Shown in pieces: positions 36,895 to 50,000 of a stretch of DNA of 57,281 nt. Below the pieces are notes generated by a model. That model saw nothing but the letters and a program-made list of their open reading frames with translations. It had not been told where the DNA came from and did not search any database. Location of the stretch: assembly GCA_964631645.1 (NCBI GenBank), contig CAZVYU010000002.1, positions 1-57,281 of the forward strand, given 5' to 3'. A program made the translations under genes and the position numbers. The stretch is from an uncultured Actinomycetes bacterium. Its GTDB lineage: Bacteria; Actinomycetota; Actinomycetes; S36-B12; GCA-2699445. Positions within the stretch are counted from its first letter, which is position 1. Every line of letters begins with the position of its first letter.

Positions 36895-37581
36895 GTGACA
36901 ACGGTCCTTCTGCTGCGACATGGCCGCACCACGGCCAACGCCGACGGCGTCCTGGCCGGATGGACGCCCGGAGTCGCACTGGATGATGTCGGCCGGGAAC
37001 AGGCCCGTACCGTCGCGCGGCGCCTGGCCGAGGTCCGGTTCCAGGCGATCCTGACCAGTCCCCTCGAACGCTGCCGGGAGACCGCAGAGATCGTGGCCAA
37101 GCGGCGGCGTTCCGATCTGCCCATCCACACCGAGGTCGATCTGGCCGAAGCCCGGTACGGCGACTGGACCGGGCAATCGCTCGAGGTCCTGGCCAAGGAC
37201 CCGCTGTGGGAACAGGTCCAGCACCACCCGAGCGGCGTGACCTTCCCCGGTGGGGAGTCGATGGCGCTCGTTCAAACCCGCGCGATCGGTGCGATCCGGC
37301 GCTGGAACCGGCGTCTGGGAGATGCCGCCACCTACGTGGCGGTCAGCCACGGCGACGTCATCAAGGCGATCCTGGCCGATGCGCTCGGGATGCACCTGGA
37401 CCTTTTCCAACGGATCCAGATCGACCCCTGCTCCATTTCGGTCATCCGCTACACGCCGGGACGGGCCTTCGTCGCCCGGGTGAACGACATCGGCGGCGAC
37501 CTTCGGATGTTCTCGCCCGGCCGCCGACCGCGATCGGATCGGCCGTCCGATGCCGTGGTGGGCGGAGAGACCGGCGTGTGA
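36895..37581 (+). CDS. Histidine phosphatase family protein (mshC-linked putative phosphomutase/phosphatase)
   Basis: The catalytic motif is LLLRHGRTTAN. Also present are TSPLERCRETAE and VSHGDVIKA. It occupies the same position relative to uppP and mshC as the mycobacterial homologue. Confidence 0.8.
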   Translation: MTTVLLLRHGRTTANADGVLAGWTPGVALDDVGREQARTVARRLAEVRFQAILTSPLERCRETAEIVAKRRRSDLPIHTEVDLAEARYGDWTGQSLEVLAKDPLWEQVQHHPSGVTFPGGESMALVQTRAIGAIRRWNRRLGDAATYVAVSHGDVIKAILADALGMHLDLFQRIQIDPCSISVIRYTPGRAFVARVNDIGGDLRMFSPGRRPRSDRPSDAVVGGETGV

Positions 37582-37606
37582 CTGTTGGGGCGTAGGGTAT
37601 GAGGCC

Positions 37607-38140
37607 ATGACCCGACAGGTGTATGTCCACGATGACCCGCAGCGGTGCGTCGTCGGAACCGTGGGGGAACCGGGCCAGCGCACGTTCTTCCTGCAGGTGC
37701 GCAGCGGCCACCGGATCAGCTCGGTTGCGCTCGAGAAGGAACAGGCCCGGATCCTGGCCGAACGCCTCGACGGACTGCTCGACGAGATGGTCGGTCCCGG
37801 TGAACCCCCTGCCGCCCCACCCGACGACCGGCCACTGGACGCGCCCATCGAGGAGGACTTCCGGGTGGGCTCGCTGGGCTTGGGATGGAATCCCGAGACC
37901 CAGTTGCTGATCATCGAGGCGCACGCCCTGAGTGAGGACGACACCGATGTCCCGGACCTCGACTCCGACGAGGAGGGACCCGACACAGTGAGGGTGCGGT
38001 TGACACCGGAACTGGGTCGCGAGTTCGTGCGCCGCACGGTGGCCGTGGTCAATGCCGGCCGACCACCGTGTCCCTTCTGCCACCTACCGCTCGATCCGGC
38101 CGGCCACATCTGCCCGCGGGCCAATGGTTACCGCCGCTGA
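37607..38140 (+). CDS. DUF3090 domain-containing protein
   Basis: The sequence MTRQVYVHDDPQRCVVGTVGEPGQRTFFLQVRSG... ends in CPFCHLPLDPAGHICPRANGY, which resembles a Zn-ribbon. It has conserved linkage to the flanking genes. Confidence 0.7.
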   Translation: MTRQVYVHDDPQRCVVGTVGEPGQRTFFLQVRSGHRISSVALEKEQARILAERLDGLLDEMVGPGEPPAAPPDDRPLDAPIEEDFRVGSLGLGWNPETQLLIIEAHALSEDDTDVPDLDSDEEGPDTVRVRLTPELGREFVRRTVAVVNAGRPPCPFCHLPLDPAGHICPRANGYRR

Positions 38141-38867
38141 GGTTCCGGGCTGGCGGATCCTCGGACAACTGTCCGACGCCTCCAACGCCACATTGCTCGT
38201 GGAGATCGACGGGGTCCGGCATGTCTACAAACCGGTGGCGGGCGAGCGGCCCCTGTGGGACTTTCCCGACGGCACCTTGGCGCTTCGCGAGGTGGCGGCC
38301 TGTGCTGTGGCCCAGGCGCTGGACTGGCCGATCGTCCCGCCCACCCGTTGGGTGGACCAGGCGCCGTTCGGACCGGGCAGCGTGCAGGAGTGGGTGAGCG
38401 CCGAAGGGATCGGGGTCGGGATCTATGCGTCCGGTTCCGTTCCGGACGGATGGCTGCCCGTCCTGCGAGGCGAGGACGAACACGGTGATCAGGTGGAGGT
38501 CGCCCACCGCGACAGCCCTCAGCTGCTGCAGCTGGCCGTCTTCGACCTGATCGTCAACAACGCCGACCGCAAAGGCGGTCACATCTACGAGCGGGTAGAC
38601 GGGACGGTGCGCGGGGTCGACCACGGCCTGTGTTTCCATCAGGAACCCAAACTGCGAACGGTGCTGTGGGGGTTCGCGGGCCGACCGGTCCCGGCGGCCC
38701 TGCTGACGGATCTGGATCGGATAAGACCGCAGGTGCCCGACTGTCTGACCGGACTCGATGGCGACGAGGTGGCCGGCACGGCCCACCGCATCCAGGAGAT
38801 TCTCGACCGTCCCGTGATGCCCGCGCCCCATGCCGGTGCCCCGGCCATCCCCTGGCCGCCGCTGTAG
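38124..38867 (+). CDS. SCO1664-family protein (PI3/PI4-kinase-like fold, function unknown)
   Basis: Strings present are LLVEIDGVRHVYKP, a catalytic-loop-like NNADRKGGH and a DFG-like VDHGLCF. ATG 38124 overlaps the DUF3090 gene by 17 nt. Confidence 0.68.
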   Translation: MVTAAEVPGWRILGQLSDASNATLLVEIDGVRHVYKPVAGERPLWDFPDGTLALREVAACAVAQALDWPIVPPTRWVDQAPFGPGSVQEWVSAEGIGVGIYASGSVPDGWLPVLRGEDEHGDQVEVAHRDSPQLLQLAVFDLIVNNADRKGGHIYERVDGTVRGVDHGLCFHQEPKLRTVLWGFAGRPVPAALLTDLDRIRPQVPDCLTGLDGDEVAGTAHRIQEILDRPVMPAPHAGAPAIPWPPL

Positions 38868-38891
38868 CCGTCGGCCCACTACAGTTCAGGG

Positions 38892-40118
38892 ATGCAATCG
38901 TGGCCCGATCAGGTGGTCCCAGCCGTCGCGGGTCAGGGTCCTCCGCTGCGCCTGTACGACACGGCAACAGATGAGATCCGGCCGACCTCGCCGGGACCGC
39001 GCGCCACGATGTATGTCTGCGGCATCACCCCGTATGACGCGACCCACATGGGGCATGCCGCCACCTATGTGGCGTTCGATCTGGTGAACCGTGTGTGGCG
39101 CGATGCCGGGCATGACGTCTGCTACGTACAAAACGTCACCGATGTCGATGATCCCCTGCTTGAGCGCGCGGTGGCGTCCGGACAGGATTGGCGGACGCTG
39201 GCCGCCTCGGAGACCGAGGCGTTCCGCGCCGACATGACCGCTCTGCGGGTTCTGCCGCCCCGGTGGTACATCGGCGCGGTGGAGTCGATCCCCGCCATCG
39301 CCGAAGCGGTCCAGGACCTGCGCGACCGTGACGCCGTCTACGAACTCGAGGGCGACCTGTACTTCCCGGTCTCGGCCGATCCCCGATTCGGGGACGTGAG
39401 CGGCCTGGACCACGCCACCATGCGGGACCTGTTCGCGGAACGGGGCGGTGACCCGGACCGACCGGGCAAACGGGACCCGTTGGATCCGTTGCTGTGGCAG
39501 AGCGCGCGACCCGACGAACCGTCGTGGACGACCGACCTGGGCCAAGGGCGCCCTGGCTGGCACATCGAATGTACGGCCATCGCCGAGGAGTACCTCGGCC
39601 TTCCGTTCGACGTGCAGGGGGGTGGGTCCGACCTGGTGTTCCCGCACCACGAGATGTGCGCCGCCATGGGCCGCGTCGGCGCGGCCGAAGATCTTTTCGC
39701 GCGCCACTACGTCCACGCCGGAATGGTCGGACTCGACGGCCACAAGATGAGCAAGTCGCGCGGCAACCTGGTGCTGGTGCGCGATCTGCGAGCCCAGGGG
39801 GCGGACCCGATGGCCATCCGCCTGGCCCTGCTCGCTCACCACTACCGGGACGACTGGGAGTGGACGGCCGGGGACCTGCCCACCGCCGAGGCGCGACTTG
39901 AGCTGTGGCGGCGCGCTGTGGCGCGGGATCAGGCCCCGCCCGCCGACGAGCTTGTCGCCGGTGTGCGGCGGGCATTGGCCGACGACCTCGACGCCCCAGC
40001 CGCGCTGGCCGCCATCGACCGTTGGGCCGAACAGGCGGTGCGCGGCCAGGGCAGTGACCCTGACTCCGGTGCCCAGGTCAGGGTGGCAGTGGACGCTCTG
40101 CTGGGTATCGCGCTGTGA
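38892..40118 (+). CDS. mshC: L-cysteine:1D-myo-inositol 2-amino-2-deoxy-alpha-D-glucopyranoside ligase (mycothiol ligase)
   Basis: It has the class-I aaRS-like fold of the CysRS paralogue. HIGH is present as [13 protein letters not shown] and KMSKS as [11 protein letters not shown]. The 408-aa length and WHIECTA match MshC rather than full CysRS. Confidence 0.88.
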   Translation: MQSWPDQVVPAVAGQGPPLRLYDTATDEIRPTSPGPRATMYVCGITPYDATHMGHAATYVAFDLVNRVWRDAGHDVCYVQNVTDVDDPLLERAVASGQDWRTLAASETEAFRADMTALRVLPPRWYIGAVESIPAIAEAVQDLRDRDAVYELEGDLYFPVSADPRFGDVSGLDHATMRDLFAERGGDPDRPGKRDPLDPLLWQSARPDEPSWTTDLGQGRPGWHIECTAIAEEYLGLPFDVQGGGSDLVFPHHEMCAAMGRVGAAEDLFARHYVHAGMVGLDGHKMSKSRGNLVLVRDLRAQGADPMAIRLALLAHHYRDDWEWTAGDLPTAEARLELWRRAVARDQAPPADELVAGVRRALADDLDAPAALAAIDRWAEQAVRGQGSDPDSGAQVRVAVDALLGIAL

Positions 40119-40164
40119 CCCCCGACCGGAGTTCGAGCCAGCCGACGGCCAGGAGGATGCAGCC

Positions 40165-41133
40165 ATGAAGTACGCGATCACCGGGGCCACCGGATTCGTC
40201 GGCCGCGCGCTGGCCCGACATCTGCACGCGCAAGGCCACGAGGTGGTCGCAGTGGTTCGGTCGCCCGACCGGGCCGGCGGGCTGGCCGAATGGGGCGTCG
40301 AGCTTGCGGCGGGTGATCTGTCCGATGTGGCCGCCATGACGGCGGCCTTCCGTGGTGCGGATGGCGTGTTCCATGTGGCCGGTTGGTACAAGGTCGGGGT
40401 GCCGGACGCGACCGAGGCATGGGCGGTCAACGTGGAGGGGACGCGCAACGCGATCCGGGCGGCCCGTGCGGCGGGAGTGCCTCGTGTCGTGCACACGAGT
40501 ACGTGCGCGATCAACTCCGACACCGATGGCCGCACTGTCGACGAGGAATACCGACACACCGGACCTCATCTGACGACGTATGACGAGACCAAGGCCCAAG
40601 CACATGACGTCGCCGTGGCGGCCGCAGCGTCGCACGAGACCCCGGAAGTGGTCATCGTGATGCCCGGCGGTATCTACGGCCCCGGCGACACATCCTCGGT
40701 GGGGGAACTGCTCAAGGAGGTCGCGACCGGGCGCCGGACGATGGTCTCGGCTCGACTGCGCATGGTCGAAGCCCACGTCGATGACATCGCCGCCGGTCAC
40801 CTGTTGGCGATGGAGAAGGGGCGCCCGGGCGAGGCCTACATGCTGGCGGGGGAGCGGACCGATCTCGCCTCGATGGCCGAGGAGATGGCGCAGATCACCG
40901 GTGGTCGGCGCCCGATCGTCATGCCCGGCCCCCTGCTGCCCGTGGCGGAGAAGGTGTTCGACGTGGCGGGCCGGGTCCTGCCGTTGCCGCCGCAGTTCAG
41001 TGGTGAGGCCATGCGCTCGGCGCGCAGCAGCTACCTCGGGACGTCCATCAAGGCGCGCCGGGAGCTCGGGTGGAGCTATCGCGGGCTGCACCGGGGTTTC
41101 GTCGATACGGCCGAGGCCGAGGGCTGGATCTGA
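40165..41133 (+). CDS. NAD-dependent epimerase/dehydratase family (extended SDR) protein
   Basis: The N-terminus is MKYAITGATGFVGRALARHL, and YDETK matches the YxxxK motif. AGGAGG lies upstream of ATG 40165. Confidence 0.8.
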   Translation: MKYAITGATGFVGRALARHLHAQGHEVVAVVRSPDRAGGLAEWGVELAAGDLSDVAAMTAAFRGADGVFHVAGWYKVGVPDATEAWAVNVEGTRNAIRAARAAGVPRVVHTSTCAINSDTDGRTVDEEYRHTGPHLTTYDETKAQAHDVAVAAAASHETPEVVIVMPGGIYGPGDTSSVGELLKEVATGRRTMVSARLRMVEAHVDDIAAGHLLAMEKGRPGEAYMLAGERTDLASMAEEMAQITGGRRPIVMPGPLLPVAEKVFDVAGRVLPLPPQFSGEAMRSARSSYLGTSIKARRELGWSYRGLHRGFVDTAEAEGWI

Positions 41134-41136
41134 TCG

Positions 41137-42449
41137 TCAGCCGGATGCCCTGATCCGATCCCGCCACTGCGTCGCCAGCGAGCGAACCTCACCGTCGGCC
41201 ACATTGACGCACCGTCGGTCCACCACGACCGCACGTCCAGCGATCCACACATCACTCACATCGGCCCGACCGGCCACGTAGACCAGATGGGAGGCGACGT
41301 CGTACACGGGGGCATCGATCGCGGACGACAGATCGACGGCGATCAGGTCTGCTTGTTTCCCCGGCACCAGTGATCCGATCTGGTCGTCCCAGCCGAGCGC
41401 CCGGGCGCCATCGAGGGTCGCCATCCTCAAGGCGGTGTGGGCGTCCACCGCGGCACCGTCCTTGGCCACGGCTTTCGCCAGAAGAGCTGCCGTGCGCATC
41501 TCGCAGAACATGTCGAGGCGGTTGTTGCTGGCTGCCCCGTCCGTTCCGAGTGCGACGGTGACGCCGACTTCCTGCATCTCGGCCACCTTGGCGAACCCAC
41601 TGGCCAGCTTCAGGTTCGACGAGGGGCAGTGGGAGACCGCGACGCCGTGCTCGGCGGCCACCTCGATGTCGTGCCGCGACATGTGCACAGCGTGCGCCGC
41701 CAGGAAGGTGGGGGACAGCGCGCCGTGGTCGGCCAGCCATTGCACGGTCGGGCGTCGGTGATGCGCGAGGTGGCGTTCGACCTCGCCCCACGTTTCGTTG
41801 ATGTGGGAGTGGATACCGACTCCGAGGTCCTCGGCCAGGCCGGCGGCGCTCTCCCACGACGCGACGCTGGCGGCGTACGTCGAATGGGGAGCCAGCATGA
41901 ACCGGACCCGGTCGTGGTCCGCCCAGGCATCAGCCGCCGCAATGCCCCGCTCGATGGCCACCGCTTCGGTATCCGCGTAGCGAGTCGGTGCCGCCACGTA
42001 GGTGATGCCCGCCACCACCCTCATGCCGGCGGCCACCGCCGCCCCCACCGCCTCGTCGGGGTAGAAGTACATGTCGTTGAACGTCGTGGTGCCGCCGCGC
42101 AGCATCTCGTGCGCGGCGATCCGGGTCCCATCACGCACGAACGCCTCATCGACCCAGCGACCCTCAGTCGGCCAGATCCGCTGCTCCAACCACTCGAGCA
42201 GCGGGAGATCGTCGGCGTAACCCCGCAGTAAGGTCATCGCCGCATGAGTGTGGGTGTTCACGAGACCGGGCAGCACCACCCGGCCCGGAAGGGGTACCGG
42301 GGTGGCATCGGGATACTCCGCGATGGCGTGCTGACGGGGCAGTACCGCGGCGATCTGCGAGCCATCGATCACGATCGAGTGATCGGCCAGGACGGACCTG
42401 GCCGGTTCGACCGGCAGGACCCAATCGGGTTCGAGACGGAGGAGCGTGA

Positions 42450-42453
<4 letters not shown>
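41137..42453 (-). CDS. Amidohydrolase, MTA/SAH deaminase (MtaD) / TRZ-ATZ family
   Basis: The metal site is LPGLVNTHTHAAM. Also present are GTDGAASNN and the FNDMYF region. The only start that keeps the conserved N-terminal strand is CTG 42453, which overlaps the upstream stop, so the start is uncertain. Confidence 0.72.
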
Positions 42454-43466
<1,013 letters not shown>

Positions 43467-43610
43467 CGGGTTCTCCGTCGGCACGATCGCTCCTTCCGAG
43501 CCCGAATTCCCGGGCTACGCGTGGCATTCATTGGAACGCTAGTGGAAGAGTGTGCGGCGTCGCTCCCTGTCGGGGGTGACCGCACTGGAAAAGACCGCGA
43601 AAGGATCGCC

Positions 43611-45218
43611 GTGAGCAACTGGGACACGTTGAGCGGGCTGGCCGGAACCGTCGGGGCGGGCACCATCCGGGACCTGCTCGAAAAGGACCCGTCGCGCGCC
43701 ACTCGCTTGGTGGTCGAAGGTGCCGGCGTGACGCTGGACTTCTCGCGCCAGCGCGTCGACGAGTCCGTGGTGGATGCGCTGCTGGCGCTCGCCCAGGAGC
43801 GCGGGGTGCTCGACCGGCGGGATGCGATGTTCCGCGGCGACCGGATCAACGTGACCGAGGATCGGTCGGTTCTCCACGTGGCACTGCGGATGCCCAAGGA
43901 CGAGTCGCTGATCGTTGACGACGTGGACGTGGTTCGCGAGGTCCATGGCGTTCTGGACCGGATGAAGGCGTTCGCCGACCGGGTGCGCAGCGGGGACTGG
44001 GTCGGCCACACCGGACAACGCATCCGCAACGTCGTGAACATCGGCATCGGGGGCTCCGATCTGGGTCCGGTCATGGCCTATGAAGCCCTGCGCGACTACA
44101 GCGACCGAGATCTGACGCTGCGCTTCGTCTCCAACGTGGACGGGACCGACATCGTCGAGGCTCTGCACGACCTCGATCCCGCCGAGACGTTGTTCATCGT
44201 CGCCAGCAAGACGTTCACCACGCTGGAGACCATGACGAACGCCGGTGCCGCGCGGGACTGGCTGAAGAAGGGGCTGGGCGACGACGCGGATGTCGCCAAA
44301 CACTTCGTTGCGGTCAGCACCAACGCCGACAAGGTGGCGGAGTTCGGAATCGACACTGCCAACATGTTCGGCTTCTGGAACTGGGTGGGCGGGCGCTACT
44401 CCATGGACTCCGCGATCGGACTGTCCACCATGATCGCCATCGGGCCGGACAACTTCGACGACCTGTTGGCCGGGTTCCACGCCATGGACCAGCACTTCCT
44501 GACTGCCCCCCCGGCGGCCAACCTGCCGCTGCTCATGGGGCTGCTCAGCGTCTGGAACCGCAACTTCCTTGATTGCCCGACGGTGGCCGTGCTGCCGTAT
44601 GAGCAGTACCTGGTGCGGTTCCCCGCGTACCTGCAGCAACTGACGATGGAGTCCAACGGGAAGCGGGTCCGCCTCGACGGGACCCCGGTCGAATCCGAGA
44701 CCGGCCCGATCTACTGGGGCGAGCCCGGCACCAACGGCCAGCACTCGTTCTACCAACTGATCCACCAGGGAACCAGCACCATCCCCAGCGATGTGATCTT
44801 CTTCGCCGAGCCACTGCACGAGGTGGGCGACCAGCACGACATGCTCATCGCCAACGCCTTGGCGCAAGCGGCGGTGTTCGCGCTGGGTCGCACCGCCGAA
44901 GAAGTCGCGGCCGACGGTGTGCCCGCCGAGTTGGTGCCCCACAAGGTCATGCCCGGCAACCGCCCGTGCAGCGTGATCATGGTCCAGAAACTGACCCCGT
45001 TCGCGTTGGGGTCGCTGGTTGCGCTCTACGAGCACACCGTCTTCACGGCCGGCGCCATCTGGGGCATCGACTCGTTCGACCAGTGGGGGGTCGAGTTGGG
45101 GAAGGTCATGGCGGCCGCACTCATCCCGCAGTTGCAGGACGGCGACAAGGGCGCCCCGACGCAGGACTCCGCCACCACCTCCTCGGTCGCGCGCTACCGC
45201 GCTGCCCGGGGTCGCTGA
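43611..45218 (+). CDS. pgi: Glucose-6-phosphate isomerase
   Basis: Strings present are [28 protein letters not shown] and MESNGK ... [21 protein letters not shown] 43611 is preceded by AAAGGA. Confidence 0.92.
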   Translation: MSNWDTLSGLAGTVGAGTIRDLLEKDPSRATRLVVEGAGVTLDFSRQRVDESVVDALLALAQERGVLDRRDAMFRGDRINVTEDRSVLHVALRMPKDESLIVDDVDVVREVHGVLDRMKAFADRVRSGDWVGHTGQRIRNVVNIGIGGSDLGPVMAYEALRDYSDRDLTLRFVSNVDGTDIVEALHDLDPAETLFIVASKTFTTLETMTNAGAARDWLKKGLGDDADVAKHFVAVSTNADKVAEFGIDTANMFGFWNWVGGRYSMDSAIGLSTMIAIGPDNFDDLLAGFHAMDQHFLTAPPAANLPLLMGLLSVWNRNFLDCPTVAVLPYEQYLVRFPAYLQQLTMESNGKRVRLDGTPVESETGPIYWGEPGTNGQHSFYQLIHQGTSTIPSDVIFFAEPLHEVGDQHDMLIANALAQAAVFALGRTAEEVAADGVPAELVPHKVMPGNRPCSVIMVQKLTPFALGSLVALYEHTVFTAGAIWGIDSFDQWGVELGKVMAAALIPQLQDGDKGAPTQDSATTSSVARYRAARGR

Positions 45219-46948
45219 CCGGCAGCAGGCACCGAACCGCGGTGCCAGACCGGCAAATGCAGGCTCCCGCCACCCACGTCCAGACGCACCAGGGCCGGCG
45301 GTGAGTCCTGGTACCTGGCCGGGAATTGGCCATCGGTCGGACTCGTGGGGAAGAACCATCGGCCGCTGAGATCCAACCGGAGCACGTCACCGGTGACCAG
45401 GTGGGTGGCCTGCGGCAGCAGCGGGACGACGACGGCACCCAGTTCACCGGGCGGCATCGGTACCTCCCGATCATGGCGATGCACCGGGAACTCCGGGGTG
45501 GACAGGACCGGATCCAACTCCCGGTGGGACAGCCGCAGCTGTCCGTGCGTGATCATGTCACCGGCGAATCCGTACGATCCCTCGAAGGTCACCTCGGTTC
45601 CCGAGCGCAACAGCCGCAATCCGGCGAAGATGACGGCGTCGTCTCCTTGGTCGAGTGCCAGGGAGAGCGCCAGCCACGGGGAGCCGACCAGATCCATCGG
45701 TGTGTCGACGCGCCAGTGGATGCTGACCGTGTCCCGGCTGGTATCCCACACGATCTGGCCGTTCCCGGTGGATCGACCCCCGATGATCCGACCCCCCGAC
45801 AAGCGGACCGCCTGATCGTTGGTGCCTTCCGGTGGGAACGCGTCAACGTCCACCACCTCGTGCTCCAGCCGGTCCCGATGGATGGCCAGGCGCACCCGAG
45901 GGCGATTGCGCCATCCGGTGTCCACGTCGGCAACGAAGTCCTCCAGGAACTGATGCTGCACCACAGACACCGCGGGGGAGTAGAACGTGGACCATTTGCC
46001 GGCGCGGTGCGTGTACAGCCATTTGTCCCCACTGGCGGCCCGCCGGAAGGCCTCGTGCGACCCCCGGCTGTGCAGCAACTGGTCGCTGAACGAGCCACAC
46101 ACCAGCATCGGTGTCTCGATCGCCTCGAGTTCCGGTGTGCGGTCGCGCCAGTAGTCGTCCACGAGCGGATGAGCCAACTGACCCTTCCGCAGCGAGATCG
46201 CCATACGTCCGCGCCGACCCGTCATGGTGCTCCACATGATCATGAAGCCGTCCTCGCGACCACCTCCGGGTCGGGCCACATCCCGATAGGGATCACTCAG
46301 CCCTTCCCAGGGGCAGATCGCGGCGAGGCCCCGAGGGCGCAAGGCGGCGGTGCGGTACTGGGACAGTGCCAGGTAGGACACGCCGAGGAGTCCGACCCGA
46401 CCGTTGCTCCACGGCTGAGCGGCGGCCCATTCGATCAGGTTGCGGTAATCCTCGGACTCGGCTCGCGTGAGTGGATCGGCCATTCCCTCGGAGTGACCGA
46501 AACCGCGCAGGTCAGCGTTGACCAGCGCAAAGCCTCGTCGGCACCAGAACGCCGGATCCGGCGCCTCGAAGCTGGTCCAGGCCGAGAAGCGGATGGGATC
46601 CGGTTGGCCGATCAGGTGGTACTGGGGGGACACTCCCCGTCCGGTGCGGGTGTGGGCCGGGATCCGGTCCTTTCCGTACGGGTGGGCGCACATCACCACG
46701 GGATACCGGCCGGGCAGGGGTGTGCCCGTTCGCAGGGAGCGCTTCAAGTGGGTATCCGCTCCCCGGCTGCCAGTCCGGGGCAGGTAGACATCCGCCCGAA
46801 GCACGGTGCCATCCGGCATGGTCACCGGGATGTCGGCTCGACGCTCGACCCCGACCGGGGGCGGGTCGACGGTGACTGCGGGACGTCGCAGCCGCCGGAA
46901 CAGGGCACGCAGTCCGGATCCCGTACCGCCGACTGGTGGTCTGACCAT
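45194..46948 (-). CDS. CocE/NonD family hydrolase (S15 X-Pro dipeptidyl-peptidase-like)
   Basis: An alpha/beta N-terminal domain reads [26 protein letters not shown] and GVSYLA. A C-terminal beta-sandwich follows. The 3' end overlaps pgi by 25 nt (convergent). Confidence 0.7.
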   Translation of the reverse strand: MVRPPVGGTGSGLRALFRRLRRPAVTVDPPPVGVERRADIPVTMPDGTVLRADVYLPRTGSRGADTHLKRSLRTGTPLPGRYPVVMCAHPYGKDRIPAHTRTGRGVSPQYHLIGQPDPIRFSAWTSFEAPDPAFWCRRGFALVNADLRGFGHSEGMADPLTRAESEDYRNLIEWAAAQPWSNGRVGLLGVSYLALSQYRTAALRPRGLAAICPWEGLSDPYRDVARPGGGREDGFMIMWSTMTGRRGRMAISLRKGQLAHPLVDDYWRDRTPELEAIETPMLVCGSFSDQLLHSRGSHEAFRRAASGDKWLYTHRAGKWSTFYSPAVSVVQHQFLEDFVADVDTGWRNRPRVRLAIHRDRLEHEVVDVDAFPPEGTNDQAVRLSGGRIIGGRSTGNGQIVWDTSRDTVSIHWRVDTPMDLVGSPWLALSLALDQGDDAVIFAGLRLLRSGTEVTFEGSYGFAGDMITHGQLRLSHRELDPVLSTPEFPVHRHDREVPMPPGELGAVVVPLLPQATHLVTGDVLRLDLSGRWFFPTSPTDGQFPARYQDSPPALVRLDVGGGSLHLPVWHRGSVPAAGQRPRAAR

Positions 46949-47000
46949 GACCGGACCCTACGGGCGAAGAGTCCCTCGCGTACCCCCCTATTCTTGACCA

Positions 47001-50000
47001 ATGCGAACGCCCATCCTCGACGCCCTCCACGACCGGGTCCTGGTGGCCGACGGTGCCATGGGCACCATGCTGCAAGCGGCTGACCTGACTCTGGACGACT
47101 TCGAGGGCCACGAGGGCTGCAACGAGATCCTCAACGTGACCCGGCCCGATGTGGTGGCGGGTGTGCACCGGGCGTACTTCGACGTCGGTGTCGATTGTGT
47201 GGAGACGAACACCTTCGGCGCCAACTGGGCCAACCTGGCGGAGTACGACATCGTCGAACGGATCTACGAACTGGCTGAGGCAGGTGCGCGGATCGCCCGC
47301 GAGGTGGCCGATTCGTACCACGACGGTCGCGATCGCTATGTGCTCGGCTCTGTGGGTCCGGGCACCAAGCTGCCCTCGTTGGGGCATACCGACTTCCGTA
47401 CCCTCCGCGACGCCTATGCCGAGGAGACACGTGGTCTGATCGACGGCGGCGCCGACGCGATCCTCATCGAGACCGCGCAGGATTTGTTGCAGGCCAAGGC
47501 GGCGATCATCGGGGCCAAACGAGCCAGTTCAGCAGCCGGCCGCGACGTACCGATCATCGCGCAGGTCACGGTCGAGACGACCGGCACGATGCTTCTGGGC
47601 ACCGAGATCGGTGCGGCATTGACGGCGTTGCAGGCGCTCGGCATCGACGCGATCGGTCTCAACTGCGCCACCGGTCCGGCGGAGATGTCGGAGCATCTGC
47701 GCTACCTCGCGCAGAACTCCGACATCGCGATCACCTGCATGCCGAATGCGGGACTACCGCAACTCACCTCCGACGGCGCGTTCTATCCCCTGACCCCCGA
47801 CGAGTTGGCGGACGCCCACGACCGCTTCACCCGGGACTACGGCCTGAACCTGGTGGGAGGCTGCTGCGGGACGACGCCGGAACACCTGGCCGCGGTCGTC
47901 CAGCGGGTGGGCGGCCGACCGGTGGCCGATCGCATGCCGGCCGCTGATGCGGCCGTGAGTTCCCTGTACCAGGCGGTTCCGTTCGACCAGGACACCACCA
48001 TCCTGTCGATCGGGGAACGGACCAACGCCAACGGTTCCAAGGCATTCCGCGAGGCCATGCTCGAGGGCCGTTGGGACGACTGCATCGAGATCGCGCGCGC
48101 GCAGATCGCCGACGGCGCGCACCTGTTGGATGTCTGCGTCGACTACGTCGGTCGCGACGGCACCGCCGACATGAGTCACCTGGCCGGGCTGTTCGCCACC
48201 GCCTCCACGTTGCCCCTTGTTCTGGACTCGACCGAACCTGCGGTCATCGAGGCTGGACTCGAACGTCTCGGTGGACGCAGCCTCATCAACTCCGTGAACT
48301 ACGAGGACGGCGACGGGCCGAAGTCCCGGTTCCGTCAGATCATGCCGATCGTCAAGGAACACGGCGCAGCTGTGGTGGGACTGACCATCGACGAGGAGGG
48401 GCAGGCCCGGACTGCGGCCACGAAAGTCGGGATCGCCACCCGACTCATCACCGATCTGGTGGACAACTGGGACATGGACGAGGCGGACATCGTCATCGAC
48501 ACCCTCACCTTCCCTATCGCCACGGGCCAGGACGAGACCCGCCGCGACGCCATCGAGACCATCGAGGCGATCCGCGAGGTCAAACGCCGATTCCCGCGCG
48601 TGCAGACCACCCTGGGCGTGTCGAACGTGTCGTTCGGCCTCTCCCCGGCGGCCCGCCAGGTGCTCAACTCCGTCTTCCTGCATGAATGTACGGAGGCCGG
48701 GCTGACCTCGGCCATCGTCCACGCCTCCAAGATCGTTCCGATGAGTCGCATCCCTGACGAACAGCGCGACGCCGCGCTGGATCTGATCTACGACCGGCGG
48801 CAGTTCGCCGACGACGGCACCGTGACCTTCGATCCGGTGCAGCGTTACCTGGAGGTGTTTGAGGGGGTGACGGCGGTCAGCGGGGCTGACCGCGCCGCCG
48901 CCCTGGCGGCCCTGCCGCTGGACGAACGTCTGCAGCGTCGAATCATCGATGCGGAGAAGAACGGGCTGACCGACGATCTTGACGAAGCGCTCCAGACGCG
49001 CGGCGCGCTGGAGATCATCAACGACTCGCTGCTCGCCGGAATGAGGACGGTGGGGGAGTTGTTCGGTTCCGGGCAGATGCAACTGCCCTTTGTCCTCGCC
49101 AGCGCCGAAGTGATGAAGTCGGCAGTGGCTCATCTCGAACCCCACATCGAGAAGACGGACGACGCGGGGAAGGGAACCATCGTTCTGGCCACGGTCAAGG
49201 GCGATGTCCACGACATCGGGAAGAACCTGGTCGACATCATCCTCACCAACAACGGCTACTCCGTGGTCAACATCGGGATCAAGCAGCCCATCAACGCCAT
49301 CATCGAAGCGGCAGAGGAGCACGACGCCGACGCCGTCGGGATGTCGGGACTCCTCGTCAAGTCCACCGTGATCATGAAGGACAACCTCGAGGAGATGAAC
49401 ACCCGTGGTGTCGCGGCACGTTGGCCGGTGCTTCTAGGCGGCGCGGCGCTGACGAGGGCGTATGTGGAACAGGATCTCGCCGACCTCTACGCGGGAGACG
49501 TGCGCTACGCCCGGGACGCCTTCGAAGGGCTGGCCCTCATGGACGCGGTGATGGCCGTCAAACGAGGGGAACCCGGGGCGGCCCTGCCCGAACGACGCAA
49601 GCGGCGCGTCGCTCGAACCCCTGAATCTGTCGGTGCGGCCGAGGCGGTCGAGGTACCGGCCCGCTCCGATGTCGCCGAGGACAACCCGGTGCCCACCCCG
49701 CCGTTCTGGGGAACGCGGGTGGTCCGAGGCATCGCGATGGCCGACATCGTGACCTACCTCGACGAACGGGCGACGTTCGTCGGTCAATGGGGACTCAAAC
49801 CGCTGAAAGGCTCCTCCCAGACCTTCGAGGACATGGCCGAAGAAGAGGGACGCCCGCGGTTGCGCATGTGGCTGGACCGCATCAAGACCGATGGCCTGCT
49901 GGAGCCGGCGGTGGTGTACGGCTACTTCCCGGCCAACAGCGACGGCGACGACCTGATCGTCTACGACCCCGATGATCACGACCGCGAGGTCGCCCGCTTC

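Noticed and set aside
45194-45218. Convergent 3'-end overlaps were considered as something special: pgi with the CocE/NonD hydrolase (25 nt), and 23327..23343 for the dehydrogenase with the cupin gene (17 nt).
   Set aside because: Short convergent overlaps are common in compact GC-rich genomes, and no structure or motif is associated with them.
46949-47000. A cobalamin or SAM riboswitch upstream of metH was considered.
   Set aside because: The intergenic space is only 52 nt, which is too short for either aptamer.
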